A stretch of 64,000 nt of DNA, taken from an uncultured Planctomycetia bacterium. Lineage in GTDB: Bacteria > Omnitrophota > Gorgyraeia > Duberdicusellales > 4484-171. The stretch covers positions 274,276 through 338,275 of the forward strand of contig CAZAYU010000001.1 in the NCBI GenBank assembly GCA_964489445.1, given 5' to 3'. Of this stretch, positions 9,703-19,737 are shown piece after piece. Positions within the stretch are counted from its first letter, which is position 1. The number at the start of each line of letters is the position of its first letter. The notes under the pieces are model-generated. The model had not been told where the DNA came from and did no database searches. It saw only the letters and a list, made by a program, of their open reading frames with translations. A program made the translations under genes and the position numbers.

Positions 9703-10485
9703 CTATTTTACTGCTTCACGTACCCTCATCACCCGATCTAAAAACCCTTTAAGCTTTCCTAACGGAAAGGAAGTATGTTTGTCGCTCAATGCTTTTTTAG
9801 GCTGAGGATGAACTTCCATGAATATCCCGTCTATTCCACAAGCTGTTGCTGCTAACCCTAAAGGCTGAGCAAACTTAACATCTCCTCCAGAAATACCACC
9901 CACCGCCGAAGGTTTTTGCAAAGAATGCGTAACATCAAAAATAACCGGATAACCAAACTCGCGCATTATCATAAATGAACGAAAATCAACCACTAAATTG
10001 TTATAGCCAAAACAGCTACCCCTCTCAGTGATAAATATATTTTTATTTCCGGTTGATTCTACCTTTTTGATTATATGTTTAACATCATCAGGAGAAACAA
10101 ATTGTCCTTTTTTAATGTTCACTATTTTTTGAGTTTTTGCTGCTTCTTGGATTAAATCTGTTTGGCGGCATAAAAATGCCGGAATTTGAATAATGTCTAA
10201 GACTCCTTTTGAATCCTTTACCTGCTCTACAGAATGAACATCACTTAATATCGATAGATTTAAATCGCGTTTAACTTTTTCTAGTATTTTTAATCCTTTA
10301 ACCAACCCTGGTCCGCGAAAAGAATCACCTGAGGTCCGATTTGCCTTATCAAAGCTAGCCTTAAAGATAAACCTTAACGGATAGTCAGACACGATATCTT
10401 TCAACCGACCGGCAATATCTATTGTAGCTTGCCGACTTTCCATCACACAAGGACCAGCGATAAATATTAACTCATTTTTATTCAT
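9703..10485 (-). CDS. kdsA: 2-dehydro-3-deoxyphosphooctonate aldolase (KDO8P synthase)
   Basis: 260 aa. KdsA/DAHP-synthase fold with typical KdsA N-terminus (LIFIAGPCVMES). Confidence 0.9.
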   Translation of the reverse strand: MNKNELIFIAGPCVMESRQATIDIAGRLKDIVSDYPLRFIFKASFDKANRTSGDSFRGPGLVKGLKILEKVKRDLNLSILSDVHSVEQVKDSKGVLDIIQIPAFLCRQTDLIQEAAKTQKIVNIKKGQFVSPDDVKHIIKKVESTGNKNIFITERGSCFGYNNLVVDFRSFMIMREFGYPVIFDVTHSLQKPSAVGGISGGDVKFAQPLGLAATACGIDGIFMEVHPQPKKALSDKHTSFPLGKLKGFLDRVMRVREAVK

Positions 10486-10514
10486 ATGTCTTTACCATAA
10501 CCTTTTTAAAAACC

Positions 10515-11300
10515 TTATAGAAAAGTGTTTTCCTGGCTCATTTTCTCCGCCAAAATCCTTTCAACATGATTTAAATCTTCTTCAGTGTCTACCCCCCATG
10601 AATCAAATTTAGTCTCAATAACCTTAATTTTATAACCAGCTTCCAAGGCTCTTAGCTGTTCTAATTTTTCTGCTTGCTCTAAATATGAACAAGGTAAATT
10701 TTTAAATTCATAGAGAAAATCCTTACTATAGGCATATATCCCCAAATGTTTATAGTAAGCTGTTCCATCTTTAAACTGGTTTCCGGAAACCTCATCTTGC
10801 CGGCAATACGGAATTGGTAAGCGTGAAAAATAAATTGCAAAATCTTCTCTCCCGCAAATTACCTTTACAACATTAGGGTTGTTAATTTCGCTTTCTTTGT
10901 TGATTCTTTTTTTTGCGGTTGCCATAACTAAAGACCGATCAGATATCATTTCATCGGCAAGCCGATCGACAATTGAAGGATGAATTAATGGCTCATCTGC
11001 CTGAATGTTAATCACAACTTTTACATTTACATCTCGAACTGCTTCTGCAATCCGGTCAGTTCCAGAGATATGGCCTGAAGATGTAAACACCACATCCGCT
11101 CCAAATCGTCTTGCCTCTTCTTCTACCTCTGGATGATCACAAGCGATAATTAACTTGTCTAAAGCCCGTGCCCCAGATACATTCTCCCATGTCCATTGAA
11201 GGAGCGTTTTTCCATTAATAATCCGCAGTAACTTATGCGGCAGCCTTTGGGAAGCATACCGAGCAGGAATAACTCCAATCACATTAAAATCAATTTTCAT
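10515..11300 (-). CDS. kdsB: CMP-KDO synthetase
   Basis: 261 aa. N-terminus VIPARYASQRLPHK is typical of KdsB. Confidence 0.88.
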   Translation of the reverse strand: MKIDFNVIGVIPARYASQRLPHKLLRIINGKTLLQWTWENVSGARALDKLIIACDHPEVEEEARRFGADVVFTSSGHISGTDRIAEAVRDVNVKVVINIQADEPLIHPSIVDRLADEMISDRSLVMATAKKRINKESEINNPNVVKVICGREDFAIYFSRLPIPYCRQDEVSGNQFKDGTAYYKHLGIYAYSKDFLYEFKNLPCSYLEQAEKLEQLRALEAGYKIKVIETKFDSWGVDTEEDLNHVERILAEKMSQENTFL

Positions 11301-12273
11301 CGATTATCCTTGATATTTCTTTTTTGGTTGTAGTCGCAGCTCCTAATTTTCCCACCACAATCCCTGCAGCAAAATTAGCAATTAACGCTGCCTCTTCATA
11401 GCTTGCCCCGCAAGCTAAAGAAAGAGTGAACACCGAAATCACCGTATCTCCTGCACCGGTAACATCAAACACTTCTAAGGCGGCTGTAGGAATATTCCGA
11501 TAACGCCCATTAGCAAATAACGCCATTCCGCCTTCACCTAAAGTTACCAGCAACGCTTCCGGAGATAACTTTTCAATTATTTTTTTGCCTAAAGAAGCTA
11601 TTCCTTCATCATCTTTAGCTTTAACGCCAGCTAATACTTCCGCTTCTTTTAAATTCGGAGTCAAAGCTGTAACATTTTGATAATAATCAAAATGTTCTTC
11701 CTTAGGATCCACTGTAATTATTTTCTTCTTTTTCCGACAAAGTTCAATAATACTTTTGACAATGAATGGGTTAATGACTCCCTTACCATAATCTTCAATA
11801 ATCACAGCATCAAAATCATCCAGGCACTTACTTATTTTTCTCACAATTAGCTTGTTGACGCTAGAAGATAAAAATTTTAACGACTCACGGTCTACCCGAA
11901 CTACTTGTTGTTGATGGGCAATTACCCTTGTTTTAAGCGTAGTCGGCCGTTGTTTATCTTTAACTACTAATTTTGTATTAATTCCACTCTTAACAGTAAG
12001 CGAAAGTAAATCCTTGCCAAACCGATCATCGCCAATAACACCACATAAATTTACACTAGCACCTAAGGCTCTTAAATTCAAGCCCACATTTGCCGCTCCA
12101 CCGCATAAAAAGCTTTCTTTATTTACCCAAACTACAGGAACCGGCGCCTCGGGAGAAATACGATTAACAGTGCCAAAAATCAGATGATCCAGGATCACAT
12201 CTCCCACCACTAATATCTTTTTGTGTTTAAAGCGGGAAAGTATTGTTTTTAGTCGACTTTTTCGTAGCTTCAT
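11290..12273 (-). CDS. hldE: D-beta-D-heptose 7-phosphate kinase (HldE/RfaE domain I, pfkB family)
   Basis: 327 aa. Strong resemblance to the HldE N-terminal kinase domain (VVGDVILD ... RISPEAPVPVV ... GGAANV). Confidence 0.8.
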   Translation of the reverse strand: MKLRKSRLKTILSRFKHKKILVVGDVILDHLIFGTVNRISPEAPVPVVWVNKESFLCGGAANVGLNLRALGASVNLCGVIGDDRFGKDLLSLTVKSGINTKLVVKDKQRPTTLKTRVIAHQQQVVRVDRESLKFLSSSVNKLIVRKISKCLDDFDAVIIEDYGKGVINPFIVKSIIELCRKKKKIITVDPKEEHFDYYQNVTALTPNLKEAEVLAGVKAKDDEGIASLGKKIIEKLSPEALLVTLGEGGMALFANGRYRNIPTAALEVFDVTGAGDTVISVFTLSLACGASYEEAALIANFAAGIVVGKLGAATTTKKEISRIIDEN

Positions 12274-12413
12274 AATCTATTTTAAAAATTGTTTGCCTCT
12301 TTACCTCGTAAGCAAATAGCCAAACAATTATACCATTACAAACAAAAAAATCTATACCTAATATAAAACATTATATTTTGCAGTAACCTATAAAATACAA
12401 CATTTTATGTATT

Positions 12414-13574
12414 TTAGACAAAATCAGCAGAAACATCATCAGCAAACAAAAACCCTTTAGTTGTCAAGCAAACACCCACGTAACCCTTTTTACTAGTTTT
12501 GTAGCGGATCAAGCGCTGATCAAGCTGTCTTTGGATAGCTTGACTCTTTATCTGTATTAAATCAAACCCTGTTTTTTGCTTAAACCACTGAAAATTTATC
12601 CCCTCTTTTGTTCTTATTTTTAAGGCAGCTGTTTCTTTAGCTTTGTCAACCAAAGATAACCGTTCTTGAAAGGCAACAATACTCTTTCCCTTGTGTACAC
12701 TGCTTATGTAGTGTTCTAAATTCGATATATTCTTAGATCTTAGTCCATTTAAAAAAGACACTGAAGAAGGGCCTAACCCCAAATATTGATTATTCTGCCA
12801 ATAATAAGCATTATGTCGACACATAAACCCGACATTAGAAAAATTAGACACTTCATAATGTGTAAATTTTCTTAATGGCAAATATTTTAGTGTGTATTTA
12901 TACATATCCGCTATCTTCTTCTCGTATACATCATTTCGGCTTTTATCCTTAAATTTTACAAAAAACGGAGTATTTTTCTCATAGCTTAAAGCATAAGTTG
13001 AAATATGATTTACTGGTAAATTAGTTATTTGTTGTAATTCAGCTTTCCAGTTCTCTACAGACTCTTGCCAGACTCCAAATATAAAATCTGCACTAATATT
13101 TTTGAATCCATGTTTTTTTGCTAACAATAATACTTTTTCTCCTTGTGAAGAAGAATGAATCCGGCCTAAACGTTTTAATTTGTCGTTATTCAATGATTGC
13201 ACCCCAACGCTTATTCGGTTTACGCCTTGTTGAAGAAGGAATTTTACTTTATCGCTGCTTAAACTTTCCGGATTAGCTTCAACAGTAAATTCCTCAGCTG
13301 AGTTTGTAAACCTTTTCAAGCTTTTTATCATTTTTCCAAAAAGGTGCAAATCCAATACAGTGGGCGTTCCTCCCCCAATATAGATTGTTGAAAAGCTGCC
13401 ATCTAATTCAGATATCTGCTGACAAATAGCATCTACATAAGCAGATGCCCAATCCTGATTGTAATTTACACTATAAAAATCACAATAAGGACATTTTTTC
13501 TGACAGAACGGAATATGTATATACAATGATTTAGTTGATTTTATAGTCATAGATTTTTCTCTTTTAGCTTTCAC
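12414..13574 (-). CDS. hemW: Radical SAM heme chaperone HemW / HemN-like
   Basis: 386 aa. CxxxCxxC (CQKKCPYCDF) and the HemN-like C-terminal domain. Confidence 0.8.
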   Translation of the reverse strand: MKAKREKSMTIKSTKSLYIHIPFCQKKCPYCDFYSVNYNQDWASAYVDAICQQISELDGSFSTIYIGGGTPTVLDLHLFGKMIKSLKRFTNSAEEFTVEANPESLSSDKVKFLLQQGVNRISVGVQSLNNDKLKRLGRIHSSSQGEKVLLLAKKHGFKNISADFIFGVWQESVENWKAELQQITNLPVNHISTYALSYEKNTPFFVKFKDKSRNDVYEKKIADMYKYTLKYLPLRKFTHYEVSNFSNVGFMCRHNAYYWQNNQYLGLGPSSVSFLNGLRSKNISNLEHYISSVHKGKSIVAFQERLSLVDKAKETAALKIRTKEGINFQWFKQKTGFDLIQIKSQAIQRQLDQRLIRYKTSKKGYVGVCLTTKGFLFADDVSADFV

Positions 13575-13746
13575 TTTGAAACAGCAACAGACAATGTTAT
13601 AATTATATCACAATGCATAAAACAGGTAAGTTTATTTAGTGACTAACCTAAACTTAATCGTAAAGTCACTAAAGCGATTAATCTGTCTGGACTACAAGCA
13701 TGGAATATACTACATTAATAAATAGGTTAGAACGCTTAGCTTTAAT

Positions 13747-14622
13747 ATGAAGACCCCTTTTTTCAGCATAATTATCCCCACATACAACCGGAAAGACTTT
13801 CTCCAAATAGCAATAAATTCTGTGCTTGTTCAAACATTTCAAAATTATGAATTGTTAATAATTGATGACGGATCAACCGATAAAACAAAAGAATCAATAT
13901 TAAAAACTATTAGTTGTATAGATAACAAAAAAAAAGAAAAAATTCGCTATTTCTATCAATCACATACAGGAGTATCCCTAGCCCGCAACAAAGGAATTGA
14001 AGAAGCCAGAGGAAAATTTATCCTATTTCTTGATTCTGACGATCGCTTTTGCCACTATAAATTGGAAAGAACACTAACTTACATTGACAATAACCCTTCA
14101 TATAGCATCTTCCACACTGAAGAAATATGGTATCGATCTGGAAAAATATTAGCACAAAAAAAATACCATAAAAAGCCCAGTGAATTTGTGTTTTCTGAAT
14201 CCTTAAAGCGTTGCTGCATCGGCATTTCTACATCAGTAATCGATAAAAAAATACTAAACGAAATCGGAAACTTTGATCAACGCTTGCCTGCTTGTGAAGA
14301 CTATGATCTATGGCTAAGGATAACTGCTCGTTACCCGGTCATGCTTATTCCTGAATATTTAACCATTAAAGAAGGCGGACACATTAATCAACAATCAAAA
14401 AAATATCCATCTATGGATAAATTTCGGATTTTTTCCTTAAAAAACCTGTTAGAAAGTAATACATTGAATAATCGCTTGTATAAGCTAGCATATGAAGAGC
14501 TAAAAAATAAGTGCTTAATTTATATTAGCGGAGCATCAAAAAGAAAAAAAGTAACAGAAATTAACTACTATCAAGATTTAATCGAAAAATTAGCAAATAA
14601 TCAATTATGCTTAAAAATTTAA
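13747..14622 (+). CDS. Glycosyltransferase family 2
   Basis: 291 aa. FSIIIPTYNR ... DDGSTD ... DSDD motifs. Confidence 0.8.
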   Translation: MKTPFFSIIIPTYNRKDFLQIAINSVLVQTFQNYELLIIDDGSTDKTKESILKTISCIDNKKKEKIRYFYQSHTGVSLARNKGIEEARGKFILFLDSDDRFCHYKLERTLTYIDNNPSYSIFHTEEIWYRSGKILAQKKYHKKPSEFVFSESLKRCCIGISTSVIDKKILNEIGNFDQRLPACEDYDLWLRITARYPVMLIPEYLTIKEGGHINQQSKKYPSMDKFRIFSLKNLLESNTLNNRLYKLAYEELKNKCLIYISGASKRKKVTEINYYQDLIEKLANNQLCLKI

Positions 14623-15995
14623 AACAAAATATTGAAAATGATTTTTTAATAAAATTAAACAAAAATCAATGGCGAATTATAGAACGATTGATATTCGAAA
14701 TAATAAGACGAGAAAAAACTGATTATTCCAAGATTCTAAGTAGTTTAAAAAAAGAATTAAATATCTCCAAATACTCTCCCCAAGATAAATTTTCTGCATT
14801 AAAACGCAAGCTTTTAAAGTATCGTTTTCCCTTAACGACAAGCCAGCAGTCAATCGACTTCAAAACAGTTTACTTAAACGAAATAAAGCAACCCTTAAAA
14901 GACAATTGGAAAATAGCTAAAAAATTTAAACCATTGACAATAATTACAGAAGAAAAAGCAACAGCAAGCTCCCTATTTAAAAGATTACGCGAGAAGTTTC
15001 CTGATTGCGAAAATAAAATAGTTGCCCACTACCGAGATTATTTAAAAGATAGCTGTTTTACATTTTCCCAAATTAAAAAACCACTTATTTTTATCACTAA
15101 CGAACCGGCTGACTTCATTAAACCTTGCCCCTGCACAAAGCATCATCTTGGTTGCGGTTATTGGATATTTAACTTAGGCTTTGGGTGCCCTTTTGATTGC
15201 TCGTACTGCTTTTTACAACAATATACTAATTTTTTCGGGGTTATCTTACCAGCTAATATTGATAGCTTTCTAGATCAATTTAGCAAGTTTATAATAAAAT
15301 TCAAAAAACCGATCCGTATTGGAACCGGAGAATTTTCAGATTCCTTAGCTTTAGATGATCTAACTGAATACTCCAAAAAAATAATTCCTTATTTTCAGAA
15401 AAAAAATGTTCTTTTTGAATTAAAAACAAAAAGCACAAATATCAACAATATCCTCTCAATCCCTCCGGGAAAAAATATTATTATTTCTTGGTCCTTAAAT
15501 CCTTCCAAAATCATAGAATACCAGGAATTTGGGGCTACTTCATTAGTAGAACGACTAAATGCAGCAAAAAAAGTTCAAGATGTCGGATATAAGCTTGCTT
15601 TCCACTTTGACCCAATAATCCATTTAGCAAATTGGGAAAAATTATACACTGAGGTAATAGACTATCTATACTCTCAACTACAAGCTCCATTTGCTTGGAT
15701 TAGCTTAGGAACTTTACGTTCAAATCGCAAGCTAAAAACAATAGTTGAATTAAGATTCCCGGAAAGTAATATTTTCTATGGAGAATTATTGCTAGGAAAA
15801 GATAAAAAATTACGTTATCCAGAATTTATTCGAAGTAAAATCTATAACACAATTATTAAAAGAATAAAGCTCTACGACAAAAACACACCTATATACTTAT
15901 GTATGGAAAGCGAACAACTATGGAAAAGTGTAGCTGGGTTAGTTCCTTATAATGATATCGAGAATTCGCTAATTAACTTTAATTTTAAAAATTAA
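14607..15995 (+). CDS. Radical SAM protein of the spore-photoproduct-lyase (SPL/COG1533) family with a roughly 180-aa N-terminal extension
   Basis: 462 aa. The GCPFDCSYCFLQ cluster matches the SplB-type CxxxCxxC(Y/F)LQ motif. Overlaps the upstream GT2 by 16 bp. Confidence 0.55.
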   Translation: MLKNLKQNIENDFLIKLNKNQWRIIERLIFEIIRREKTDYSKILSSLKKELNISKYSPQDKFSALKRKLLKYRFPLTTSQQSIDFKTVYLNEIKQPLKDNWKIAKKFKPLTIITEEKATASSLFKRLREKFPDCENKIVAHYRDYLKDSCFTFSQIKKPLIFITNEPADFIKPCPCTKHHLGCGYWIFNLGFGCPFDCSYCFLQQYTNFFGVILPANIDSFLDQFSKFIIKFKKPIRIGTGEFSDSLALDDLTEYSKKIIPYFQKKNVLFELKTKSTNINNILSIPPGKNIIISWSLNPSKIIEYQEFGATSLVERLNAAKKVQDVGYKLAFHFDPIIHLANWEKLYTEVIDYLYSQLQAPFAWISLGTLRSNRKLKTIVELRFPESNIFYGELLLGKDKKLRYPEFIRSKIYNTIIKRIKLYDKNTPIYLCMESEQLWKSVAGLVPYNDIENSLINFNFKN

Positions 15996-17911
15996 TATAT
16001 GCGTTTTATTTTTGTACCTGGATAATAATGTTTTAGTATATCACGATAAGAATAACCCTTCTTAGCCATCCAAGATGCTCCTTCCTGGCATAACCCCGCG
16101 CCATGGCCAAAGCCAACACCCCAAAAAAGTATCATTTCCGATTTAGCTTTTGGAGATAGTTTAATCTCTAGCTTAAAGGCACTACTTCTTAACTTGTCAA
16201 AATAATTTCTTATTTTTAATCCACTATTGAACACTTTTTGGCTAGCCTGACTAACCAACTTTATTTTTCGGCTGTGGAAACAATCTCCTTTTTCTAAAAT
16301 TAATATTTGCTTGATGCTATCTGCGTTCACCCCAAAGGCAAGCAGATAATCTTCTTTATCATACACTCTCTGCCAACGAAAATTACTCCCTGTTTTGTGC
16401 GAGCAAAAAACATCCGGTCTATTTAAAAACCAATTTTCCTGTTCATACGGAGATTCGGGAAGAAATCCTTTATCGGCATCAATTTGCTCATTCAAATATT
16501 CACACTCCCCAAAAGTATCTTTACACAAACATCCACCACAATTAGAATGATAAAAAGCCTCTATCGGCTTATCGTTAAAAGTAATAATTTGGCCTCTGGT
16601 TTCCTTCACTGCCTCAGTAGTTTGAGGTGTTTCAGCAGATAATCCATGATATGTCTGACAATGAACATCTACACAAAAATCAAATTTTTGTTTTCGATGA
16701 CGATTCAAATTTTTAACAGCAAGAGTTCTAGCCGCCAATGCTTGCGCTTTTAATGCCTCTTTATCTGTTTTTGCCGGAATTTCAGCTGACATTACCCCAT
16801 AGAGATACTCCTCAATACCCACTCTGTTAATTAATGTCAATTTATTATTTTCAAGTACGACCTCCAGACTTCCCCGGTAGGCCCGGTCAATCTTTTTATG
16901 CCAAAAGTCTTTTTCTCCGTAGGATACGTCTAAAACATAAAACGGAAAAAAGCGATCATCCTCCTTTAAAGGTGTAATCTTGCAATTACCGCCAGAAAAA
17001 TAAGGTTTTCCTGTTATTTCTTTATAATCAGTCAACATTATTTTTTTATCTCTTAAAATAACAGTATATAGCTTACCCCCGGTAATCTTAATTCTCTGTT
17101 GCTCATCAAAGATAATAAAACCATTCTTACAGCTAAATGAAAAATCACCCACTCCCTCTACCAAGCCAACCTGCACCGATCTTTCCATTTTATCCGGTAA
17201 GTACCCAGGAAATTTTACTATATTTCTTAATTCCTCCTGCTTTGCAGTTTTTTTTACAAAAAAATCACCACCCATCTTTTCTTTGGTAAGAATTAATTCT
17301 GCATGCATCTCTTTGTTAGCAGGATAAAAATTAACAGCTTTTGCTAAATATTTATAGGCCTCCTTGTATTTTTCTAATTCTACCAAACACTCCCCTAAAT
17401 AATAATAAGCTAACCTTATACTCGAGTCATTGTTTACCACTTGTAAGAAATATTCTGAAGCTTCAGAATATTCTTGTTTTCTTCGAAATATTTTTCCTAA
17501 ACGAAAAAATGCAATAGTATTATCTCTGTGAATTTTGATTGAATTTTGATAAGAATCTATCGCCTGGTCAGGCATTGCTAAATATTCATAAGCTAATCCC
17601 AAATACAAAAAGTCGACCCAATCTTTTTCCTCAAGATCATTAAGAATCCTAGCCGCCTCATCTGGCGCCCCAGATAAAAATTCTAGCCTAGCCAAATAGC
17701 TACTTATTCTTTTATCCTGATTATAAGCACACGCTTGCCTTAATATCTCTTTTGCTTTCGAATACTCTCCTGACTCTTTAAACAGCACAGCAAGATTTAA
17801 GTACTCCATAGCTTTCTCTTCGTTTAAGCTTGCAGCAAATGTTAGTTGATGTAAATTAACCAAAACAATCAGCACAAAAAATATTTTCTTATAGTAATTG
17901 CTCATCGACAT
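15992..17911 (-). CDS. TPR-repeat / SpoIID-LytB domain fusion protein, secreted
   Basis: 639 aa. Signal peptide. N-terminal TPR repeats. C-terminal SpoIID/LytB signature (YLYGV ... EALKAQALAARTLA). Confidence 0.6.
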   Translation of the reverse strand: MSMSNYYKKIFFVLIVLVNLHQLTFAASLNEEKAMEYLNLAVLFKESGEYSKAKEILRQACAYNQDKRISSYLARLEFLSGAPDEAARILNDLEEKDWVDFLYLGLAYEYLAMPDQAIDSYQNSIKIHRDNTIAFFRLGKIFRRKQEYSEASEYFLQVVNNDSSIRLAYYYLGECLVELEKYKEAYKYLAKAVNFYPANKEMHAELILTKEKMGGDFFVKKTAKQEELRNIVKFPGYLPDKMERSVQVGLVEGVGDFSFSCKNGFIIFDEQQRIKITGGKLYTVILRDKKIMLTDYKEITGKPYFSGGNCKITPLKEDDRFFPFYVLDVSYGEKDFWHKKIDRAYRGSLEVVLENNKLTLINRVGIEEYLYGVMSAEIPAKTDKEALKAQALAARTLAVKNLNRHRKQKFDFCVDVHCQTYHGLSAETPQTTEAVKETRGQIITFNDKPIEAFYHSNCGGCLCKDTFGECEYLNEQIDADKGFLPESPYEQENWFLNRPDVFCSHKTGSNFRWQRVYDKEDYLLAFGVNADSIKQILILEKGDCFHSRKIKLVSQASQKVFNSGLKIRNYFDKLRSSAFKLEIKLSPKAKSEMILFWGVGFGHGAGLCQEGASWMAKKGYSYRDILKHYYPGTKIKRIY

Positions 17912-18037
17912 GCTACAAATTTAAAAAAATAATCAAACGCACTAAGACTTTTTATCAGCAGTTTTTTACATACCACTTTTAAAGGAAGGTTTTTAAAAAA
18001 GTAAAGATAGCTTTTAGAAAAATCAGCTGGATACCTT

Positions 18038-18856
18038 CTATTTATTAATTTTTCTTTTACCAACTATCGGAATTTTCCACTTTCCAGCTAAGTATAAAAA
18101 CTTTTCTTTCTCAATAATAATAACTTTACCGCTTTCCAGAACTAACCCAGAAGCACCAATATTTTTCAATAGCCTTAAAGTAGATACACCGACAACCGGA
18201 ACATCAAACCGAAGATCCTGGTTGTTTTTGCTAAATTTAAAAACAAGACATTTCTTCCCGGCAAGACAATGCGCCCGACGAATTGCTCTGTCGGTTCCTT
18301 CTAACGACTCTAAGGCCACTACACTTTTACTCTTCACAGCAATAGTCTGCCCCACATCTAAATCTACAAATTTAGAAATGATTTTAATACCAAAATCAAT
18401 ATCACCGCTTATAGCATCTATTCCTAAGGCTTTATTCATTATTCCTTCTTCTGCTAAATCATCTTTTAAATAAAACGTAGAATCTAAAAAGGTTATTCCT
18501 GTCTTTTCCAAATAAGCAATGATCTCGGCAAAAATTGTATGCGGACGAAAATCTTGTATACTGTCCACTAAAGAGATTAGCTTCTTATCCCAACCTTTAC
18601 GCTTAAAAATTCTTAAAGGATTAATCTGTCCAGCCACCACACAATGTTTTATCCCTTCTTCCGCAAGCACTTCCTGTAATTTACCTAGCTGTCCTACTCC
18701 GATCCAATAGACTTTGTTTACATATTTCTTAATGCAAAAAGAAGTTTCTCCGTTTAAGCCAATAGCTATTACTTCGTTATTCTTATTATTTTCCTGGATT
18801 CTTTGGGCAAGAAGTATAGGAAGCGTCCGATTACCAGCAATAATTCCCAGCTTCAT
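18038..18856 (-). CDS. lpxI: LpxI-family UDP-2,3-diacylglucosamine hydrolase (DUF1009)
   Basis: 272 aa. N-terminus MKLGIIAGNRTLP resembles LpxI. Overlaps lpxA by 4 bp. Confidence 0.55.
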   Translation of the reverse strand: MKLGIIAGNRTLPILLAQRIQENNKNNEVIAIGLNGETSFCIKKYVNKVYWIGVGQLGKLQEVLAEEGIKHCVVAGQINPLRIFKRKGWDKKLISLVDSIQDFRPHTIFAEIIAYLEKTGITFLDSTFYLKDDLAEEGIMNKALGIDAISGDIDFGIKIISKFVDLDVGQTIAVKSKSVVALESLEGTDRAIRRAHCLAGKKCLVFKFSKNNQDLRFDVPVVGVSTLRLLKNIGASGLVLESGKVIIIEKEKFLYLAGKWKIPIVGKRKINK

Positions 18857-19647
18857 ATTCGTTTAGAAACTTGTCGGCTGATTCCCCGTTTAGATTCTGA
18901 AACAAATTTAAGAAGATGATCAATCTCTGTTGAGCGAGGAAGCTCTTGAACGATTGTTTGTTTAGCGTCACTTAGCAAACGATTTTGAAAAAAAAGCTCC
19001 TTAAACGCTTTTTTTAAAATTCTGACTTGCTCAAAGCTAATCTTAGCTCTTTTTAATCCAATTGAATTCAATCCATATACACAAGCGGGATGCCCATCAC
19101 ACATTGAATAAGGAGGAACATCCTGAACAACCTTAGAACACCCACCAACTATCGAAAGCTCACCAATTCGGCAAAATTGATGTACTGCTACTAACCCTCC
19201 AATAACAGCTTTATCCTCAATTTTCACGTGTCCCGCTAATGTAGTAGAATTTGCTAAAATATTTCCGTCGCCTATTTGGCAATCATGGGCAACGTGTGAG
19301 TAAGCCATAATTAAATTATTATTTCCGACAACTGTCCGAGAATTTTTTTTAGTCCCCGGATTCATTGTCACAAATTCCCGAATACAATTGTTATTACCAA
19401 TATCTAAAAAACTTATTTCGCCTGTATATTTTAAATCTTGAGGAACATTGCCTATAGACGCATAAGGGAAAACATGACAATTGCTTCCAATTGTTGTACG
19501 CCCTAATAATTGAGCAAATGAATCAATAACCGAGTCAGCTCCAATCTTAACATTTTTTTCCACTACTGTATAAGGACCAATACGTACGCCATCACCTATA
19601 CAAGCACCAGGATTAACTAAAGCTTTTGAATCAATATGTACTGCCAT
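18853..19647 (-). CDS. lpxA: Acyl-ACP--UDP-GlcNAc O-acyltransferase
   Basis: 264 aa. Hexapeptide-repeat LbH fold with an LpxA-type C-terminal helical domain. Confidence 0.88.
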   Translation of the reverse strand: MAVHIDSKALVNPGACIGDGVRIGPYTVVEKNVKIGADSVIDSFAQLLGRTTIGSNCHVFPYASIGNVPQDLKYTGEISFLDIGNNNCIREFVTMNPGTKKNSRTVVGNNNLIMAYSHVAHDCQIGDGNILANSTTLAGHVKIEDKAVIGGLVAVHQFCRIGELSIVGGCSKVVQDVPPYSMCDGHPACVYGLNSIGLKRAKISFEQVRILKKAFKELFFQNRLLSDAKQTIVQELPRSTEIDHLLKFVSESKRGISRQVSKRI

Positions 19648-19737
19648 TTTGGATACTAAAAAAATTTTAGAATTGTTATCTGTTTAAATTATACCAAAAA
19701 ACAAAGGTAAAACAACACAAACAAAAAAAAGGAGGGA

